This document shows, piece by piece, positions 18,093 through 25,688 of a DNA stretch of 36,154 nucleotides. The stretch covers positions 1 through 36,154 of the forward strand of contig CAIXHI010000394.1 in NCBI GenBank assembly GCA_903919215.1, given 5' to 3'. The notes under the pieces are model-generated. The model saw nothing but the letters and a program-made list of their open reading frames with translations. It was not told the DNA's origin and did not search any database. The translations under genes were made by a program, and so were the position numbers. This DNA comes from an uncultured Acidimicrobiaceae bacterium (GTDB lineage Bacteria; Actinomycetota; Acidimicrobiia; Acidimicrobiales; Ilumatobacteraceae). Position 1 is the first letter of the stretch, and the number at the start of each line of letters is the position of its first letter.

Positions 18093-19472
18093 ATGGCCGA
18101 CCTGCCGCGCTTCGATCCCAAGATGAGCGATGCCGAGGGGCTGATGTGGCGTCTCGAGAAAGACCCACATCTCAGTAGCACGTTCGCCAACGTCACCATC
18201 CTCGACCGGGCACCCAACTTTGAGCGTCTCATGGCCCGCTTCGACCAAGCCACCTACCGGATGCGCCGACTGCGTCAGCGGGTCCAGCCGGCAGCGGCCA
18301 ACCTGACGGCGCCGATGTGGGTCGACGATCCCAACTTCGATCTGCGCTACCACGTGCGCCACATCGCGCTACCCAAACCGGGCACCATGCGCCAGTTACT
18401 CGACCTGGCCTGTCTGATCGCCTGCGATCCCTACGACCGCACTCGCCCGCTGTGGCAGATCATCGTCGTCGACGGACTGCGCGGCGGCAAGAGCGCCGTC
18501 ATCCAAAAACTGCACCACACCATCGTCGATGGCGAGGGCGCTGTGCTCTTCGCGATGCAGTACCTCGACCTCGAGCCCGATCCGCCCACCCCGCCACCGA
18601 TCGACCCAGCTGACTTCGCCCACGAGGCACAGAATGCTCCGGAACCCGACCTCTGGCGCGAACTGCTGTCGGGCGGTATGCGCATGCCACTCGGCCTGCT
18701 GCGCCAGGTCAAAGACCTCCTCGCCGACCCCACCGGGATTCACGAGGCAGGGTCGGCCGCCGCCGACACCGTTCGCGGGGTACTCCAACAGTTGACCGAC
18801 ACCGAGGGCGCCCGCTCCCCGCTGTGGACGCAACGCTCACTGCAGCGCCATATCGAAGTGCTGCGCGCCCCGTTCGATTCCACCCGGGACGCCGCCAAAC
18901 GACTGGGCGGCACGCTGAACACCGCGTTCCTCACCGCTGCCGCCGAAGCCGCCGGCAGTTACCACCGTGCGCTCGGGGCGCCGGTCGACGAACTACGCGC
19001 CAGCATGGTGATCAGTACCCGTACGCAAGAATCCGGCGCCAACGCGTTCAACCTCGCACGCCTGCTGGTACCCACCGGGGAGATGGCGATCGATGAACGC
19101 TTCGCCGCGATCCAGACCGCTACCGGAGCGGCGCGATCGGCCACGAGCAACGGTTCGATGGAGACGCTGGCAGCAGTCGCCTCCACATTGCCGACCAGCA
19201 TCATCACCCGTATCGCCAGACAACAGGCACAGACGGTCGACTTCGCCACGAGCAACGTACGCGGTGCCCCGATCCCGTTGTTCATGGGTGGCGCCCGCAT
19301 GCTGGAGAACTACCCGGTCGGCCCACTAGGGGGCGTGGCGTTCAACCTCACGCTGCTGAGCTACGACCACAGCCTCGATATGGGTGTGAACATCGACCTG
19401 GCCGCGATCAGCGAACCTGAGTTGCTCCGCAACTGTCTGGTGCGCGCCTTCACGGCGCTGGCCGCTGTCTGA
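18093..19472 (+). CDS. Wax ester synthase/diacylglycerol acyltransferase (WS/DGAT)
   Basis: 459 aa with the active-site HHTIVDGEG (HHxxxDG). The N-terminal LMWRLEKDPHL block is typical of the family. Confidence 0.85.
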   Translation: MADLPRFDPKMSDAEGLMWRLEKDPHLSSTFANVTILDRAPNFERLMARFDQATYRMRRLRQRVQPAAANLTAPMWVDDPNFDLRYHVRHIALPKPGTMRQLLDLACLIACDPYDRTRPLWQIIVVDGLRGGKSAVIQKLHHTIVDGEGAVLFAMQYLDLEPDPPTPPPIDPADFAHEAQNAPEPDLWRELLSGGMRMPLGLLRQVKDLLADPTGIHEAGSAAADTVRGVLQQLTDTEGARSPLWTQRSLQRHIEVLRAPFDSTRDAAKRLGGTLNTAFLTAAAEAAGSYHRALGAPVDELRASMVISTRTQESGANAFNLARLLVPTGEMAIDERFAAIQTATGAARSATSNGSMETLAAVASTLPTSIITRIARQQAQTVDFATSNVRGAPIPLFMGGARMLENYPVGPLGGVAFNLTLLSYDHSLDMGVNIDLAAISEPELLRNCLVRAFTALAAV

Positions 19473-19490
19473 CGACAACGGCGGCCGAGC

Positions 19491-19670
19491 TCAGTGAGCG
19501 ACGGCCTCGACCTTGATCTGATGGGCGGGCATCGTGAGCAGGGAGCGCACGTCGAGCAGCACGTCAGTGATCTCACCGGACGACACCAACTCGCGACTCA
19601 TCATCTGACCGAGTGCCTTGTCGATCACGCTCAGGGCTTCGGCAATGACGGCTTCGTTGGTCTCGGTCAT
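19491..19670 (-). CDS. Hypothetical small protein (59 aa)
   Basis: Track ORF trimmed to the ATG at 19670, preceded by AAGGAGAG. High third-position GC. Sequence MTETNEAVIAEALSVIDKALGQMM looks helical. No family recognised. Confidence 0.55.
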   Translation of the reverse strand: MTETNEAVIAEALSVIDKALGQMMSRELVSSGEITDVLLDVRSLLTMPAHQIKVEAVAH

Positions 19671-19764
19671 CCTGCTCTCCTTCGTACATCGACGTTGCTC
19701 GCGAAGGTATCGCGCGCGGTGTGCTTCCACTGCGCATGGTACCGGCAGCGCCTACGATCCCGAC

Positions 19765-20577
19765 ATGGACCTGAACGGGAAACACGTCGTCGTCACCGGT
19801 GCCGCTGCCGGAATCGGTGAGGCACTGGCCGAGCGCTTTCATGCAGAGGGCGCCCGGGTGGTGGTGGCCGACGTGCAGGCCGAGGGTGCTGCCGTCGTCG
19901 CTGCCCGCTTGAACGAGCGGCGACCCGACAGCGCGATCGCGGTTCGTGCGGATGTCAGCACTGAACACGGCAACAAGACCCTCGTCGAAACCGCGGAGGG
20001 ACGTTTCGGCGTTATCGACCTGTTCTTCGCCAACGCCGGCGTCGGCGTGGGCAGCGACCCACTGCGCACGTCCGAACTGGAATGGCAGTTGGCCTTCGAC
20101 GTGAACGTCCACGCCCACCGTTGGGCGGCGAAGTACCTGTTGCCGGGTTGGCTCGCACGAGGTGAGGGCTACTTCTGCTCCACGGCGTCCGCCGCCGGGC
20201 TGCTCAGCCAGATCGGGTCCGCTCCGTACAGCATGACCAAGCACGCGGCGGTGGCGTTCGCCGAGTGGCTCAGCATCACCTACGGCGGTTCCGGTGTGAA
20301 GGTCAGCTGCCTGTGCCCGCAGGGTGTCAACACCGCGTTGCTGCGCGCTGGCGACGACCCCGCAGCCGGTATCAGCAGTAGCGTCGTCCGGGCAGCGGGT
20401 CGGGTGCTCGAACCCGCCGAGGTCGCCGAGGTCGCCGTCGCCATCATCCGCTCCGAGACGTTCCTGATACTTCCCCACGACGAGGTGCTCACGTTCATGC
20501 GGAACAAGACAGCCGATTACGACCGCTGGCTGGGCGGTATGCGCAAACTTCAGGCGCGCATGCTGGGTGGCGCATGA
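19765..20577 (+). CDS. SDR family oxidoreductase
   Basis: Track ORF trimmed to the ATG at 19765 (MDLNGKHVVVTGAAAGIGEAL). Contains ANAG and YSMTKHAAVAF (YxxxK). Confidence 0.85.
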   Translation: MDLNGKHVVVTGAAAGIGEALAERFHAEGARVVVADVQAEGAAVVAARLNERRPDSAIAVRADVSTEHGNKTLVETAEGRFGVIDLFFANAGVGVGSDPLRTSELEWQLAFDVNVHAHRWAAKYLLPGWLARGEGYFCSTASAAGLLSQIGSAPYSMTKHAAVAFAEWLSITYGGSGVKVSCLCPQGVNTALLRAGDDPAAGISSSVVRAAGRVLEPAEVAEVAVAIIRSETFLILPHDEVLTFMRNKTADYDRWLGGMRKLQARMLGGA

Positions 20578-20840
20578 TCGACGCGGCCACGCTGCGAAAG
20601 CTGGGCTTGCGCTCCGGCGAGCCGGTTCGATTCCGTAAGGGTGAGACCGGACGTTGGTTCGCGGGAAAGATGTCCGGTGTGGCCATCGACGGCAGCATCA
20701 CCGTGTTCGATGCGAACGGCAACGCGCGCAGCCTCAAACCCGAGCGCGTCGAGGTCCGCCGGCCGGGGAGCAGAGGCCGACTCAGCTGGCAGACGGTCAG
20801 CGATGTCGCCATCACCTGGGAGCAACTCCAGCTCTGGTGA
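20574..20840 (+). CDS. Hypothetical protein (88 aa)
   Basis: ATGA overlap with the SDR stop suggests translational coupling. Coding-like third-position GC. Predicted beta-rich (RWFAGKMSGVAIDGSITVFDANGNARSL). No family recognised. Confidence 0.6.
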   Translation: MIDAATLRKLGLRSGEPVRFRKGETGRWFAGKMSGVAIDGSITVFDANGNARSLKPERVEVRRPGSRGRLSWQTVSDVAITWEQLQLW

Positions 20841-20858
20841 CGGCCCGGTGAGCGGAGG

Positions 20859-21467
20859 TCAGTCGGGCAGCCGGGGGCCGGAGCGGGCCACCGCTCGCAG
20901 CAACACGACGTCGAGCAAGCTGAGCACCGTGTCCCTGACGGCGGCACGACCACGAGCATCGGTGCTGACCACCGGGACGTGATCGCCGACCGACAACGCC
21001 TCACGAACCTCGTCGAGGGTGTGGGCCGTCTGACCACCGAAGCGGTTGATCGCGACCACAAAGGGCACACCGCGACTTTCGAAGTAGTCGAGCGCCGGGA
21101 ACGAGTCCTCAATGCGCCGACTATCAACCAACACCACAGCTCCCAGAGCGCCGCGGACCAGGTCGTTCCACATGAAACCGAACCGCTCCTGGCCGGGCGT
21201 GCCGAACAGGTACAGCACGATCGTGTCGTCCACGGCGACCCGCCCAAAGTCCATCGCCACGGTGGTAGTGGTCTTCGTGCCGACCTCGCCACGGTTGTCG
21301 ACACCTTCGCCGTACGACGTCATCGCCGCCTCGGTGGTGAGCGGCGAGATGTCGGAGATCGCAGCCACGAATGTCGTCTTGCCGACACCGAACCCGCCGG
21401 CGACGACGATCTTGACCGGGATCGGGCCGCTCTCCGAGTGGTTGCGGGGCTCAGAGCGCACGGACAC
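20859..21467 (-). CDS. cvnD: Conservon small GTPase (CvnD/MglA-like P-loop GTP-binding protein)
   Basis: P-loop VVAGGFGVGKTT, switch II LFGTPGQERF, and a VVAINRFGG specificity-region equivalent. The GTG start at 21467 overlaps the cvnC stop by 17 nt. Confidence 0.85.
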   Translation of the reverse strand: MSVRSEPRNHSESGPIPVKIVVAGGFGVGKTTFVAAISDISPLTTEAAMTSYGEGVDNRGEVGTKTTTTVAMDFGRVAVDDTIVLYLFGTPGQERFGFMWNDLVRGALGAVVLVDSRRIEDSFPALDYFESRGVPFVVAINRFGGQTAHTLDEVREALSVGDHVPVVSTDARGRAAVRDTVLSLLDVVLLRAVARSGPRLPD

Positions 21468-21888
21468 CGGCGATCAACCTTGTGATCAGGAGCACGTCGT
21501 CAGCAACGTGCTCGCTCGCTTGAAATGCTTCCAACAGTCCTTCGCCCAACAGATCGGCGGCGACGACACGGACGACACCGATAGGGATGCGCAGTGCCGC
21601 GGACAACTCCGCGACCGACAACGCGCCGGCCTCGCAACGGCGAACGATTTCTGCCCGCTCGAACTTCAGCGCCTGCACGGCATCGCTCCCCGTGCCAGTG
21701 GCCCGCAGCATGGTCTCGAACTCAAGGTGCCCGGATGCGTGCGAGCGGCCACCGGTGATCGCATACGCGCGTACCCCGTTGTCGGTGCCATGCGAATGAT
21801 CCGACGTGACCGGCGCGAGCGGACGCTCACGAGCGATGAACGGACGTACCAACGGCACCGTCGCATCCGGATCAAGCGTCACCTCCAC
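21451..21888 (-). CDS. cvnC: DUF742-family conservon protein (CvnC-like)
   Basis: VRPFIARERP and VRAYAITGGRS blocks, plus a C-terminal HTH-like LSVAELSAALRIPIGVVRVVAADLL, fit the DUF742 pattern. The GTG start lies 1 nt after the cvnB stop. Confidence 0.8.
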   Translation of the reverse strand: MEVTLDPDATVPLVRPFIARERPLAPVTSDHSHGTDNGVRAYAITGGRSHASGHLEFETMLRATGTGSDAVQALKFERAEIVRRCEAGALSVAELSAALRIPIGVVRVVAADLLGEGLLEAFQASEHVADDVLLITRLIAGVRAL

Positions 21889-21889
21889 C

Positions 21890-22312
21890 TCACACCGCGA
21901 CCAGCGAGTTCTTCAATTCCGTGACGAGTGCCGGGGTCAACTGCGTACCAACTCGCTCGACCAGCAGCGCAATCTCGAACCCGACCAGCCCGAGATCGCA
22001 GTCGCGCGCCGCCGCCACACCGAGCGTCGATCCGTCAGAGATCGAGGCCACGAACAGATAGCCGTTCACCATCTCGACCAGCACCTGCCTCACGCGGCCC
22101 ATGGCAAGTTCACCCGCAGCACCGTGCGCGAGCGAGCGCATCCCGGTGATGATCGCTGCCAGTTTGTCTGCCGCGGCGCGATCCAACGACGTGCTCAACG
22201 CAATGAGCAGACCATCGGACGACACCGCCACCGCCTGCTCGACGCCGGGTGTAGTACGCACGAAATTGGCCATCAGCCAGTTGACGTTGTCGGCCTTCTC
22301 GGACAGTGCCAT
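21890..22312 (-). CDS. cvnB: Roadblock/LC7 (MglB-like) conservon protein (CvnB-like)
   Basis: Track ORF trimmed to the ATG at 22312, preceded by GAGGAGGAAC. NWLMANFVRTTPGVEQAVAVSSDGLLIA is the typical Roadblock N-terminus. Confidence 0.8.
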   Translation of the reverse strand: MALSEKADNVNWLMANFVRTTPGVEQAVAVSSDGLLIALSTSLDRAAADKLAAIITGMRSLAHGAAGELAMGRVRQVLVEMVNGYLFVASISDGSTLGVAAARDCDLGLVGFEIALLVERVGTQLTPALVTELKNSLVAV

Positions 22313-22349
22313 GTGAATCGGTTCCTCCTCGTCCCGTCGAGTTCCGTCG

Positions 22350-24221
22350 TCAGCCTTCGTCGGCCTGCTGGCGGCCACGGTCGATACCGCGCTGCAGGCT
22401 GGCGAGGGTGCTGCGCACATCATCTGCAGAACGTGCCGGGGGTTCGACGACAGTGGCTGCTACCGGGTCGGGAAGCTGTGCACCGGGCACGCGCTTGGTG
22501 AGTCCGGCGAGAGTGGTCGTGGGGAGTGCTTCCGGCGCGAGTTCACCCAGGGGGAGCACCAGCGACGCCGGCGCCGCACCGGTCAACGGCAGTGGCTCGC
22601 TGAGGCGCTCTGCCGCACTGGGCAAATCCGCCAGCGACGTGCTGTCGGCCGATGTGGTGTCAGCCGACCCGAGCAGCGACTTGGGCAGCCGCACGACCGC
22701 CGTGACGCCATTACCCCCGGGCGTCGTGGTGAGCATCACCTTGATCTCGTGGCGAGCGGCGAGCCGAGCAACCACTTGAAAGCCGAGCAGCTTGTTGCTC
22801 TCCCGATCGAAGGCAGCCACCTGATTGAGCCGCTGGTTGGCGTCAGCAAGTTCATCCGGCGTCATCCCAAGGCCATAGTCGAAGATCGCCAACTGATGGC
22901 CGTCGGCCACGGTACGACCGACAACGGTGACCGCGCTCGTCGGCGGCGAGAAGCTCGTCGCATTCTCCAGCAACTCGGCGAGTAGGTGCGAGACGTCGCC
23001 GGCAGCAGAGCCGACCACGCTGACAGCGCCGAGATCGCCGAGGTCCACCTGGCCGTAGTTCTCCACCTCGGAGAGCGCGGCACGCACGACATCACCGACC
23101 GGAACGGGCGGCGACCACAGTTGGGTCGGCTCTGCGCCCGCAAGGACCAGCAGCGATTGTGCGTTGCGGCGCATGCGCGTCGTGAGGTGGTCGATGCGGA
23201 ACAGGTTGTCGAGCGCCTCCGCATCACGTTCGCCTTGTTCGAGCGACGAGATGAAACCCAGGGTTCGCCCCAGCAGGTTCTGGTTCCGGCGGGCAATGTT
23301 GACCAGGTTCTCGGACACGACGCGGCGGGCAATGACCTGCTCGGCGGCGAGGTCGAGTGCCACATCCTGCACTGCATTGAAGCTGGCGCCGAGTTCGGCG
23401 AGTTCGTCGTGGGCGTCCACCTCGAACCGCGGCAGCCGAGGCACGGCCTCGACGGATGCCGACTCCTGCGTCGCCAGCACAGCGGAAGGAAGCTCCTCAG
23501 TGGCGACGGACCGAGCCCGCTCTGCCAGACCGCGAATCGGATCGACGATCGACCGCCGGACTACGACCGAGAAAAGCAGTGAGAGCAGGAATAGGAGTGC
23601 CGTGGCGGCAGATGCATAGAAGAGGAACACCGTGACGTCGTCTGCGGCGCTCTTCTCGCGAGCGTTGACCTCCGGCACAGCCCAGGCCAGTGCCCGTTCC
23701 ACCCCCGCTTGCTGCAGCTGGTACTTCGGCTCCATCGCGCCGATGGCGGCGAGCACCCCCGGGAGGTCCTTGGCAGTGATCGCCGGCTTCAACTGGGTTT
23801 CGATCTCTTGGAAGAACTCGGTGCCAGCCTGGCGACCGACACTCAGCAGCTGCTGGTTCGTGGTCTCGTCGAGTTGCTGGCTGGCCCACAACGTCATCGC
23901 GGCTTCGAAGCGCACCCGCGACTGTTGGATCAGCGCGAGATGATCCTGGATCTGCGCCACACCCGCATCCGAGAACCCGTCGGGCGACGCCGCGAGTACG
24001 CCAATGCGGTTCACCTCGGCCCACGACTCGAGCAGGTTGGCCGGAGGAGCGCTGGTGTCGGCGCGCAGGTCGAGTGCCTTGCGCAGCGACTGGTAGGAGT
24101 CGCCGCGTACACTCGCCCGATCAACCGCGAAGTAGGCCAGGGTGGCGAAGGCCACCAATGCCAACAGCGGCAGGGCGATGAGCATGTTGAGGCGTCCGCC
24201 GATTCTGAGCCGTCGAAGCAT
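22350..24221 (-). CDS. cvnA: Conservon membrane sensor histidine-kinase-like protein (CvnA-like)
   Basis: ATG preceded by GGGAGGGTGAG. TM1 LNMLIALPLLALVAFATLAYFAV, a helical extracytoplasmic region of about 170 aa, TM2, and a HAMP-like segment. H-box-like FRIDHLTTRMRRNAQSL. HATPase N box LAELLENATSF and G box FDYGLGM. Pro/Ala-rich tail with GLTKRVPGAQLP and TLASLQRGIDRGR, as I recall for this family. Confidence 0.85.
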   Translation of the reverse strand: MLRRLRIGGRLNMLIALPLLALVAFATLAYFAVDRASVRGDSYQSLRKALDLRADTSAPPANLLESWAEVNRIGVLAASPDGFSDAGVAQIQDHLALIQQSRVRFEAAMTLWASQQLDETTNQQLLSVGRQAGTEFFQEIETQLKPAITAKDLPGVLAAIGAMEPKYQLQQAGVERALAWAVPEVNAREKSAADDVTVFLFYASAATALLFLLSLLFSVVVRRSIVDPIRGLAERARSVATEELPSAVLATQESASVEAVPRLPRFEVDAHDELAELGASFNAVQDVALDLAAEQVIARRVVSENLVNIARRNQNLLGRTLGFISSLEQGERDAEALDNLFRIDHLTTRMRRNAQSLLVLAGAEPTQLWSPPVPVGDVVRAALSEVENYGQVDLGDLGAVSVVGSAAGDVSHLLAELLENATSFSPPTSAVTVVGRTVADGHQLAIFDYGLGMTPDELADANQRLNQVAAFDRESNKLLGFQVVARLAARHEIKVMLTTTPGGNGVTAVVRLPKSLLGSADTTSADSTSLADLPSAAERLSEPLPLTGAAPASLVLPLGELAPEALPTTTLAGLTKRVPGAQLPDPVAATVVEPPARSADDVRSTLASLQRGIDRGRQQADEG

Positions 24222-24260
24222 CGACTCACCCTCCCGTTGTTCTCTCGGGGTTTCCCGAAG

Positions 24261-24284
24261 TTCCCACGGTCATACCGTAGGGAA
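24261..24284. promoter_or_regulatory. Imperfect inverted repeat in the cvnA / 24410-gene divergent intergenic region (candidate operator)
   Basis: TTCCCACGG-N5-CCGT(A)GGGAA: 9 bp pair with one bulged A. It lies 40-63 bp upstream of the cvnA ATG in the lowest-GC stretch of the window. Confidence 0.3.
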
Positions 24285-24409
24285 TTTGACCCGACTTCAT
24301 CGGACCGCAGGGTGGCCAACTTGAGAGTTCCTTCCAAATAGCCTCAAGGTCAGCACCAGATCTGTCGAAAGACCAACCCGAGAGATTCTGCACGGGAGGA
24401 ATGGGTCCC

Positions 24410-25684
24410 ATGATCCGCAGCCAACTCAACTCATACAGCGGCAACGACCCCATCTGGGGTTTCGTCGCGCTCGTCGGTTCGGAGCGATTCACGGGCGAGG
24501 CGGCGGTGGGCCTCGACCCCCGTATCCACCTGTACTCGTTGGAAGGCCGTGTGTACTACGCAGAACGGCAGGGGGACGCGCCCGTCGCGACACGTCTCGT
24601 GAACTGCGGGGCACTCACCGCTGAGCAACTCGAGAAGGGTTCGGTGCGCCTCGGCGAGGTGGACTCGCTGGCCCGCCTGTTCCAACGGCAAGGACTCGTC
24701 GACCGCGATGTCGTCGAGCTGACGATCGAACACGCGACCGAGTTATTGCTGGAATCCGTGGCCGACAGGCCGGTCGGCATGCCGGAGATCTTCCCTCTCC
24801 GTCACCACCCAGCCGGTCTTCACCACTGGGTGCGGTCGCCGATCCCCACCGGTACGGTGCCCGTCGAGACGCTCGGCGCGGAACCCGTCGCCGATGCGGA
24901 ACCGGTGGTCGCACTCGACGTCATTGCCTCCCCAGAGCCTGCGGTCGTGGTCGAACCCGAACCGATGCCAGTGGCCGACGAAGAAGATGAGGTGGAGTCC
25001 ACGCCGACCCCGGTCGCGACACCACTGGCGCCCACGTTCGCCCCATTGGGCCTCACCCCGCTCACCTCGATCACCAACCTTTCCCCGCTGACCCCCGAGC
25101 CCGAGCCCGACACTGAGCCCGACACTGAGCCCGACGCTGAGTCCGACGCTGAGCCCGACGCTGAGCCCGACGCTGAGCCGGCCGAGAAAGCTGCGCCGGC
25201 CACGGCGTTCATGCCGCTGTCGACGTTGTCCGAACTGACCCCACTCAACTCGGCTGCGTTCCTCTCCAGCATCGGCGCAGAGCCAGACCACGAGTCCACC
25301 CCGATCCCCACGCTGATCGACCTGCCTGCGCTCGGAGCCCGGTCACCCCTCCCGACCAACACTGCCGTGACCGAGCCAGTACCGATCAGGAGCAGCGTCA
25401 CGCCACCCGATCTGCCGCGCTTGGCGACGGGGCCGATCTCAGTGAAGGACATGGACACCGGATCGGTGGCGATCGTGCCCGCTCACACGGCGACACCCGA
25501 AGCAGACGCGGATGCGCCGCAGAGCGTGGCAACCGACATCTGGGACCTCGTCGACGACATCCTCGTCGACGACAACCTTGTCGCCGACAACCTTGTCGAC
25601 CGGCCGACGGCCGCCCCCACGGTGTCGGATGACGCCGAGACGCCCGGATCCGGGCGCGGATGGCTGAGGGGTCGGAAGGGCTGA
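24410..25684 (+). CDS. Uncharacterised protein: globular N-terminal domain of about 140 aa (weakly PATAN/DUF4388-like) plus a Pro/Glu/Asp/Thr-rich disordered region of about 280 aa
   Basis: The track start is 24401, but GGGAGGA (24394-24400) abuts that ATG. The in-frame ATG at 24410 has proper 9-nt spacing. N-terminal pattern FTGEAAVGLDPRIHLYSLEGRVYYAERQGD followed by LVNCGALTAEQLEKG. The remainder is low complexity, with EPDA/EPDT repeats. Confidence 0.7.
   Translation: MIRSQLNSYSGNDPIWGFVALVGSERFTGEAAVGLDPRIHLYSLEGRVYYAERQGDAPVATRLVNCGALTAEQLEKGSVRLGEVDSLARLFQRQGLVDRDVVELTIEHATELLLESVADRPVGMPEIFPLRHHPAGLHHWVRSPIPTGTVPVETLGAEPVADAEPVVALDVIASPEPAVVVEPEPMPVADEEDEVESTPTPVATPLAPTFAPLGLTPLTSITNLSPLTPEPEPDTEPDTEPDAESDAEPDAEPDAEPAEKAAPATAFMPLSTLSELTPLNSAAFLSSIGAEPDHESTPIPTLIDLPALGARSPLPTNTAVTEPVPIRSSVTPPDLPRLATGPISVKDMDTGSVAIVPAHTATPEADADAPQSVATDIWDLVDDILVDDNLVADNLVDRPTAAPTVSDDAETPGSGRGWLRGRKG
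25097..25186 (+). repeat. In-frame 12-nt tandem repeat (GAGCCCGACRCT, 6 full units plus degenerate flanks) encoding (EPDT/EPDA)n
   Basis: Units at 25103, 25115, 25127, 25139 (one C>T change), 25151 and 25163, with degenerate units on each side. Translates to PEPEPDTEPDTEPDAESDAEPDAEPDAEPAE. Confidence 0.9.
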
Positions 25685-25688
25685 CGAG

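Noticed and set aside
20624-20634. GGTTCGATTCC, a tRNA T-loop-like motif.
   Set aside because: The flanks give only about 3 bp of T-stem pairing, and I could build no acceptor or anticodon arms. The motif lies in-frame inside a coding-like ORF (EPVRFRKG).
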